DNA of 49,697 bases, from the NCBI GenBank assembly GCA_026165385.1, contig GCA_026165385.1_4524.2; one strand, 5' to 3'. The notes below the pieces were generated by a model. The model saw only the letters and a list, made by a program, of their open reading frames with translations, was not told the DNA's origin and did no database searches. Below are positions 43,570 to 49,697 of this stretch, in pieces (the first letter of the stretch is position 1; each line of letters opens with the position of its first letter). The position numbers and the translations under genes are program-made. Source of the DNA: a phage.

Positions 43570-43938
43570 ATGATCGAAATTAAATTGAAGAACCCCGAAG
43601 ATTTTCTGAAAGTCAAAGAGACTCTAACCCGTATGGGTATCGCTAATAACAAGGATAAAGTCCTTTATCAGTCCTGTCATATCCTCCAAAAGCAAGGTAA
43701 ATATTACATCGTCCACTTTAAAGAAATGCTGCGTATGGACGGACGACAAGTTGATATCGATGGTGAAGACTACCAACGACGTGATTCGATTGCTCAGTTG
43801 CTTGAAGACTGGGGCTTGATTGTTATTGAAGACTCTGCTCGTGAAGATCTGTTTGGCCTGACTAATAACTTCCGTGTTATCTCTTTTAAACAGAAAAATG
43901 ACTGGACTTTGAAAGCAAAATATACAATTGGTAATTAA
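43570..43938 (+). CDS. regA: Translational repressor RegA
   Basis: 122 aa starting MIEIKLKNPEDFLKVKETLTRMGIANNKDKVLYQSCHILQK, near-identical to T4 RegA as I recall it. Confidence 0.9.
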   Translation: MIEIKLKNPEDFLKVKETLTRMGIANNKDKVLYQSCHILQKQGKYYIVHFKEMLRMDGRQVDIDGEDYQRRDSIAQLLEDWGLIVIEDSAREDLFGLTNNFRVISFKQKNDWTLKAKYTIGN

Positions 43939-43942
43939 AGCA

Positions 43943-43960
43943 ATGGGACTTCGGTCCCAT
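43943..43960 (+). terminator. Hairpin with UUCG-type loop after regA
   Basis: ATGGGAC-TTCG-GTCCCAT followed by TTGG and a TATAAT-containing sequence upstream of gene 43. Confidence 0.4.
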
Positions 43961-44019
43961 TTGGAGTATAATAAGTTCATCAACAAACAAAAGACAATAA
44001 CTCGTCTAAAGGAAATTAA

Positions 44020-46731
44020 ATGAAAGAATTTTACTTAACGGTTGAACAGATTGGTGATTCAATTTTTGAACGTTACATCGATTCTAATGGCCGTGAACGT
44101 ACTCGTGAAGTAGAATATAAACCATCACTGTTTGCTCATTGTCCAGAAAGTCAGGCTACGAAATATTTTGATATCTACGGTAAGCCGTGTACTCGTAAGC
44201 TGTTCGCTAATATGCGTGATGCCTCACAATGGATTAAACGCATGGAAGATATCGGACTTGAAGCACTTGGCATGGACGATTTCAAATTGGCGTATTTGTC
44301 TGACACTTATAACTATGAAATCAAATACGACCATACAAAAATTCGTGTGGCTAACTTCGACATCGAAGTAACATCCACGGATGGGTTCCCTGAGCCGTCA
44401 CAAGCAAAACATCCGATTGATGCTATCACCCATTATGACTCAATTGACGACAGGTTCTACGTATTTGATCTATTGAATTCTCCATATGGTAATGTAGAAG
44501 AATGGTCTATTGAAATCGCTGCTAAGCTTCAAGAACAAGGCGGTGATGAAGTTCCATCTGAAATTATCGATAAAATCATTTATATGCCGTTCGATAACGA
44601 AAAAGAATTGTTGATGGAATATCTCAACTTCTGGCAACAGAAAACTCCTGTCATTTTGACTGGATGGAACGTTGAGTCATTTGATATTCCATATGTGTAT
44701 AACAGAATCAAGAATATTTTTGGCGAATCTACTGCGAAACGTTTATCACCACATCGTAAAACTCGTGTTAAAGTTATCGAAAACATGTATGGTTCTCGTG
44801 AAATCATTACATTGTTCGGTATCTCTGTTCTTGATTACATTGACCTTTACAAAAAATTCTCTTTTACCAATCAACCGTCGTATTCTCTGGATTACATTTC
44901 AGAATTTGAATTGAACGTCGGTAAACTGAAATATGACGGCCCTATTTCTAAGCTTCGTGAAAGCAATCACCAACGATATATTTCTTATAACATTATCGAC
45001 GTGTATCGTGTATTGCAAATTGATGCTAAGCGTCAGTTCATCAACTTGAGTTTGGACATGGGTTATTATGCTAAGATACAGATTCAATCTGTGTTTAGCC
45101 CAATTAAAACATGGGATGCTATTATTTTTAATAGCCTTAAAGAGCAGAACAAGGTGATTCCACAAGGTCGTTCGCATCCAGTTCAACCTTATCCTGGCGC
45201 TTTTGTTAAGGAACCTATTCCAAATCGATACAAATATGTAATGAGTTTCGACCTTACATCTCTGTATCCAAGTATTATTCGCCAAGTGAATATTAGCCCA
45301 GAAACAATAGCAGGAACGTTTAAAGTAGCTCCACTGCATGATTATATTAACGCAATCGCTGAACGTCCTTCAGATGTGTACAGTTGCTCTCCTAACGGCA
45401 TGATGTATTATAAAGACCGTGACGGTGTAGTTCCAACTGAAATCACTAAGGTCTTTAATCAACGTAAAGAACATAAAGGTTACATGCTTGCAGCTCAACG
45501 TAACGGTGAAATAATTAAAGAGGCGTTGCATAATCCTAATCTTTCTGTTGACGAACCATTAGATGTTGATTATCGTTTCGACTTCAGTGATGAGATTAAA
45601 GAAAAGATTAAAAAGTTGTCTGCTAAATCTCTTAATGAAATGTTGTTCAGAGCTCAACGTGCTGAAGTTGCAGGTATGACTGCACAAATTAACCGTAAAT
45701 TGCTTATCAACTCACTTTATGGTGCACTTGGCAACGTTTGGTTCCGTTATTATGATTTGCGTAATGCTACTGCAATCACAACATTCGGGCAAATGGCTTT
45801 ACAGTGGATTGAACGTAAAGTTAATGAATATCTGAATGAAGTTTGTGGTACAGAAGGTGAAGCTTTCGTTCTTTATGGTGATACAGACTCCATTTACGTA
45901 TCTGCTGATAAAATTATCGATAAAGTTGGTGAATCTAAATTCCGTGATACCAACCATTGGGTAGACTTCTTAGATAAGTTTGCACGTGAACGTATGGAAC
46001 CAGCTATTGATAAAGGTTTCCGTGAAATGTGTGAATACATGAACAATAAACAACACTTAATGTTCATGGACCGAGAAGCTATCGCTGGTCCTCCGCTCGG
46101 TTCTAAAGGTATTGGTGGATTCTGGACTGGTAAGAAACGTTATGCATTAAACGTGTGGGATATGGAAGGTACTCGTTACGCTGAGCCTAAACTCAAAATC
46201 ATGGGTCTAGAGACTCAGAAATCTTCGACCCCTAAAGCAGTACAGAAAGCTCTTAAAGAATGTATTCGTCGTATGCTTCAAGAAGGTGAAGAATCATTAC
46301 AAGAATATTTTAAAGAGTTTGAAAAAGAATTCCGTCAATTGAATTATATTAGCATCGCGTCGGTATCTTCTGCGAATAACATTGCTAAATATGATGTAGG
46401 TGGATATCCAGGACCTAAATGCCCATTCCATATTCGTGGAATTCTGACATATAACCGAGCTATCAAAGGTAATATTGATGCTCCACAAGTTGTAGAAGGC
46501 GAAAAGGTATACGTTCTGCCTTTACGTGATGGAAACCCGTTCGGTGATAAATGTATCGCATGGCCTTCTGGTACTGAAATCACAGATTTAATTAAAGACG
46601 ACGTACTTCATTGGATGGACTACACGGTTCTCCTTGAGAAGACATTTATTAAACCACTTGAAGGATTCACATCAGCAGCTAAACTCGATTACGAGAAGAA
46701 AGCATCTCTGTTCGATATGTTTGATTTTTGA
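44020..46731 (+). CDS. 43: DNA polymerase gp43 (family B, with 3'-5' exonuclease)
   Basis: 903 aa; exo motif FDIEV, polymerase motifs SLYPSII, KLLINSLYG and YGDTDS; sequence and length match my recollection of RB69 gp43. Confidence 0.97.
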   Translation: MKEFYLTVEQIGDSIFERYIDSNGRERTREVEYKPSLFAHCPESQATKYFDIYGKPCTRKLFANMRDASQWIKRMEDIGLEALGMDDFKLAYLSDTYNYEIKYDHTKIRVANFDIEVTSTDGFPEPSQAKHPIDAITHYDSIDDRFYVFDLLNSPYGNVEEWSIEIAAKLQEQGGDEVPSEIIDKIIYMPFDNEKELLMEYLNFWQQKTPVILTGWNVESFDIPYVYNRIKNIFGESTAKRLSPHRKTRVKVIENMYGSREIITLFGISVLDYIDLYKKFSFTNQPSYSLDYISEFELNVGKLKYDGPISKLRESNHQRYISYNIIDVYRVLQIDAKRQFINLSLDMGYYAKIQIQSVFSPIKTWDAIIFNSLKEQNKVIPQGRSHPVQPYPGAFVKEPIPNRYKYVMSFDLTSLYPSIIRQVNISPETIAGTFKVAPLHDYINAIAERPSDVYSCSPNGMMYYKDRDGVVPTEITKVFNQRKEHKGYMLAAQRNGEIIKEALHNPNLSVDEPLDVDYRFDFSDEIKEKIKKLSAKSLNEMLFRAQRAEVAGMTAQINRKLLINSLYGALGNVWFRYYDLRNATAITTFGQMALQWIERKVNEYLNEVCGTEGEAFVLYGDTDSIYVSADKIIDKVGESKFRDTNHWVDFLDKFARERMEPAIDKGFREMCEYMNNKQHLMFMDREAIAGPPLGSKGIGGFWTGKKRYALNVWDMEGTRYAEPKLKIMGLETQKSSTPKAVQKALKECIRRMLQEGEESLQEYFKEFEKEFRQLNYISIASVSSANNIAKYDVGGYPGPKCPFHIRGILTYNRAIKGNIDAPQVVEGEKVYVLPLRDGNPFGDKCIAWPSGTEITDLIKDDVLHWMDYTVLLEKTFIKPLEGFTSAAKLDYEKKASLFDMFDF

Positions 46732-46771
46732 TATAATGCCAAGGACGGCCAACTAATTAAATGAGAGAAAT

Positions 46772-47407
46772 ATGAAAACTACTCCTATTACTATCGCTAT
46801 TGACGCAATCGTAAAACAAGCTTCATCTCTTGCCACTATGGCTAAAGTAATTAGTCAAAACCCTGCCCGATATAATGCTATTCTTGAAACTCTTCGACGG
46901 CCTGGACTGAGTAATTATGAAAGTCGTGTAATTATTACAGGTGTTGGTAAGAACGCTAATATCGCAACTAAAGCTTCTGAGACATTTGCTTCACTAGGTA
47001 TTCCTAGCATGTATTTGAACACTGGGCATTATTCTCATGGTGACGCAGGATTTATTGCACCTAATGATGTATTAGTTCACATCAGTCGTTCTGGTAAGAC
47101 TGAAGAAATGATAGGTGTTGCTAAACATCTTCGTATGATTCGTCCTCAGGTTAAACAGATTCTGTTACATTGTAACCCTGACATTCCACAAGAATACGAA
47201 ACTCTTTTTGATTATACGTTCTGTACCGGTATCGCGGTAGAAGTTGACGAGAACTCTTTAGCTCCGACAATGTCTACTACATTGTTGTTAGCGCTTATCG
47301 ATACGTTCGCTATCAACCTTTCGTCTGAACGTGGATTTACCTCTAATGATTTCCTTAAGTTCCATCCAGGCGGTGCACTAGGTGCCATGTTACGAGGCGA
47401 ACAATGA
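46772..47407 (+). CDS. SIS-domain sugar phosphate isomerase (KdsD/GutQ arabinose-5-phosphate isomerase-like)
   Basis: Motifs VIITGVGKNANIATK, VLVHISRSGKTEEM, LAPTMSTT and FHPGGALGAML parallel the KdsD SIS domain; no CBS domains. Confidence 0.8.
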   Translation: MKTTPITIAIDAIVKQASSLATMAKVISQNPARYNAILETLRRPGLSNYESRVIITGVGKNANIATKASETFASLGIPSMYLNTGHYSHGDAGFIAPNDVLVHISRSGKTEEMIGVAKHLRMIRPQVKQILLHCNPDIPQEYETLFDYTFCTGIAVEVDENSLAPTMSTTLLLALIDTFAINLSSERGFTSNDFLKFHPGGALGAMLRGEQ

Positions 47408-47547
47408 AAGCAATAACAATAGGACTTTTACTATTGATGCTTGTCATGACTATCTACTGGAGCTTAACGGCTCCAGTAATGATTCCAACACTTGTAATTG
47501 GATGGATTATGATTGGACTACAAGCAAAGTATGAATGCTTTAACTAG
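47404..47547 (+). CDS. Small membrane peptide, 47 aa (not in ORF track)
   Basis: ATGA overlap with the SIS gene stop; hydrophobic sequence MKAITIGLLLLMLVMTIYWSLTAPVMIPTLVIGWIMIGL. Confidence 0.35.
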   Translation: MKAITIGLLLLMLVMTIYWSLTAPVMIPTLVIGWIMIGLQAKYECFN

Positions 47548-47560
47548 AATAGTGTACAAT
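47534..47560 (+). promoter_or_regulatory. Middle (MotA-type) promoter candidate
   Basis: MotA-box-like AATGCTTTA at 47534-47542 and TACAAT -10 at 47555-47560, 12 nt apart; SD GAGGA follows. Confidence 0.4.
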
Positions 47561-47588
47561 ACTCCTACTTACCAATGAGGACTTCAAC

Positions 47589-49274
47589 ATGAAAAAAGCT
47601 GTTATTCTTGGTGCTGGACTGGCAACTCGTTTGTATCCAATAACGCATCATATTCCTAAGGTGCTTGTTAACTATAAACAAGACACTATTCTGAGCAATT
47701 TGTATACAATTTATTCTGACCTTGGCGCAGATGAAATTATTGTAGTAGTTCATTCAAAATTTGCTGAAACTGTTCGAGCTTATTGTGAGCAAGAAGGGTT
47801 CAATGTGACTATTCGTACAGTTGATGAAGCGTATGGTTCTGCTTATGCTCTTGCTAAATTACACAAAGATTTAGACGGCCATAACGTAATTGTTAACTGG
47901 TGTGATATTATTCCTGATTTTGGTTCATGGTCTTGGAATGTTAACGCAATCTATGTTAAGGGTGACGAATGTCGATATAATTTCGACGGTGAAAATATCA
48001 CTAATGTAGGTGCAACAGGCGGTAATGTTGTAGGAATTTATCAGTTCAAAGACTGGGAATTCTACATGGGTTCTACTGATGAGGAAATTCATGAATACTG
48101 CAAAGGACGTGATTTCGTAGAATTCCTTTACAGCGGCGCATTCAATAAATCAGAGCTTATGAATCTAATTGATTTAGGTGATATGCCTAAACTTGAAAAA
48201 GCTCATGAAGTTCGTGAACTTAATCGTAGTTTTAATGCAGTTGAAATTGGTGAAGAAACTGTAACTAAATTCGCATTAACCGAACAGGGTCGAGCTCTTC
48301 AGAAAGATGAGATTTCGTGGTACTTGAAAGTGAAATCAGATTCAGTTCCTCAGTTAGTTTCTGTTAATGAAAATAACTTTGAAATGGAACGCATTAAAGG
48401 TAAGCCGGCATTTGAATATATTAAATCCAAATCAAGTCTTGCTCGTCCACAAATTGTTGATGCAATTTTAGATGCACTGAAATTCAGCACAGACACTTAT
48501 TTTGTAAGTCCTGAAACTGTCCGTCGTGATTTCACTAAAGAATTCTATACGAAAGTTATTGATCGTTGTGAAAGCATTCAACCATTGATTGATTCATTTG
48601 GTAAAATCACACATGTGAACTACACTAAGATTGGACGTCTGAAGCCAATGTTGAAACAAGCTTTAGAACACCTTATTCGTTATCATAACCGTTCTCAGGG
48701 ACAGTACTCTGTTATTCATGGCGACCCGAACTTCAGTAATACTATGATTACTGATAACGGCGAAGTCAAGTTTATCGACCCTCGTGGATATTTTGGCGAA
48801 ACCAAGATTTATGGGCCAAAATTGTATGATGAAGCTAAAGTGCTTTATGCTGTTTCAGGTTATGATGAATTCAACGCTAATCCGACCTGGGGACAGTTTA
48901 CTATTGATGAAACAACTTGTAATGTGACTATTAACATCAATCCATTAATTTACAAATATGGAAAGATGAGTTCGTTTAACGAGTATCATCATTTGGCAGT
49001 GGCAATTATCTGGATTGCATTAGGTGGTTATTTCAAGAATAATCCACTTAAAGCGGTAGCCGCATATTATAAAGGTATGGAACTTCTGACTAAGCAATTA
49101 CGTAACATGGGCCGTGTACTTCAGGACGGCTCTATTAGTTATGACATAGCAGAACCTGTAACGGCTACTCTTATTACAAAAAATCCTGGTAAATGGGTAC
49201 TAACTGATAAAGAAACTGGTGTTTCCTATCGTCCAATCGGTGGCGATATCACTCATCAATGGGAACGAATCTAA
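47589..49274 (+). CDS. Bifunctional sugar-1-phosphate nucleotidyltransferase / anomeric sugar kinase (APH-like), 561 aa
   Basis: N-terminus MKKAVILGAGLATRLYPITHHIPKVLV (G-x-G-T-R-L NTP-transferase motif); C-terminal kinase motifs IHGDPNFSN and FIDPRGYFG (aminoglycoside/choline kinase-like fold). Confidence 0.8.
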   Translation: MKKAVILGAGLATRLYPITHHIPKVLVNYKQDTILSNLYTIYSDLGADEIIVVVHSKFAETVRAYCEQEGFNVTIRTVDEAYGSAYALAKLHKDLDGHNVIVNWCDIIPDFGSWSWNVNAIYVKGDECRYNFDGENITNVGATGGNVVGIYQFKDWEFYMGSTDEEIHEYCKGRDFVEFLYSGAFNKSELMNLIDLGDMPKLEKAHEVRELNRSFNAVEIGEETVTKFALTEQGRALQKDEISWYLKVKSDSVPQLVSVNENNFEMERIKGKPAFEYIKSKSSLARPQIVDAILDALKFSTDTYFVSPETVRRDFTKEFYTKVIDRCESIQPLIDSFGKITHVNYTKIGRLKPMLKQALEHLIRYHNRSQGQYSVIHGDPNFSNTMITDNGEVKFIDPRGYFGETKIYGPKLYDEAKVLYAVSGYDEFNANPTWGQFTIDETTCNVTININPLIYKYGKMSSFNEYHHLAVAIIWIALGGYFKNNPLKAVAAYYKGMELLTKQLRNMGRVLQDGSISYDIAEPVTATLITKNPGKWVLTDKETGVSYRPIGGDITHQWERI

Positions 49275-49660
49275 TGCACCGTGTAGAAAACATGCTTAAT
49301 CTTTGTTTTGATGTCGATGATTGCATCACGGAATGGAATAACAATCGTGATTACGTGAACTTCAAACCAGACGTCGAAATGGTGTCTGCCATTAATGCCC
49401 TGTATGATGCAGGGCATACCATAACGCTTTACACTGCTCGTGGTATGAAGTCAGTAGGTCCTGGTCGTATAGCAATCGACATTCTCCCAAGTCTGATTCA
49501 GAACTTAGCAAACATTGGATTGAAGTACCATAATTTGCTAACACATAAACCAGTATATGATTGGATTATCGACGACAAAGCTATGCGTCCTGACGAATTC
49601 AAAGCTCTTATGAATAAAGGCGAATTCGAAACATTTAAATCGTATAAACCGAATCTATAA
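49274..49660 (+). CDS. HAD-superfamily phosphatase, 128 aa (alternative start 49259)
   Basis: HAD motif I CFDVDDC, motif II TLYTARG, motif IV DWIIDD; TAATG overlap with the upstream gene. Confidence 0.7.
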   Translation: MHRVENMLNLCFDVDDCITEWNNNRDYVNFKPDVEMVSAINALYDAGHTITLYTARGMKSVGPGRIAIDILPSLIQNLANIGLKYHNLLTHKPVYDWIIDDKAMRPDEFKALMNKGEFETFKSYKPNL

Positions 49661-49697
49661 TAATTTAAGTAAGACCTGCAAAAAACCATCGCATCAA

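Overview
This 49.7-kb window reads as a segment of a T-even (T4-like, Tevenvirinae) coliphage genome. From memory, the 903-aa gp43 DNA polymerase (MKEFYLTVEQIGDSIF...) and the gene order resemble phage RB69; this is recollection, not a database hit. All credible genes are on the + strand and densely packed, with many ATGA/TAATG start-stop overlaps. Minus-strand ORFs in the track look like shadow frames. Recognisable core genes, in order: two tRNAs (anticodons CAT and TCT), nudE, e (lysozyme), denV, regB, tk, nrdC, 49, nrdD, nrdG, an nrdH-like glutaredoxin, 55, 47, 46, 45, 44, 62, regA and 43. Between them lie hyperplastic stretches of small ORFs punctuated by repeated early-promoter/stem-loop cassettes and hairpin terminators. 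Most notable: (1) directly downstream of gene 43 sits a sugar-nucleotide biosynthesis cassette (KdsD-like SIS isomerase, nucleotidyltransferase-kinase fusion, HAD phosphatase), and no alpha-glucosyltransferase lies between genes 55 and 47, consistent with non-glucose (probably arabinose) DNA hypermodification; (2) seven genes carry the capsid-targeting N-terminus of injected internal proteins; (3) a macro-domain protein, a secreted lytic transglycosylase, a host-like GrcA glycyl-radical cofactor, two nucleotidyltransferase-fold proteins, an AAA+ ATPase and several paralogous small-protein families of unknown function. No CRISPR array, rRNA, transposase or integrase was seen. Domain calls rest on motifs read by eye and need profile searches; many small-ORF starts are approximate.
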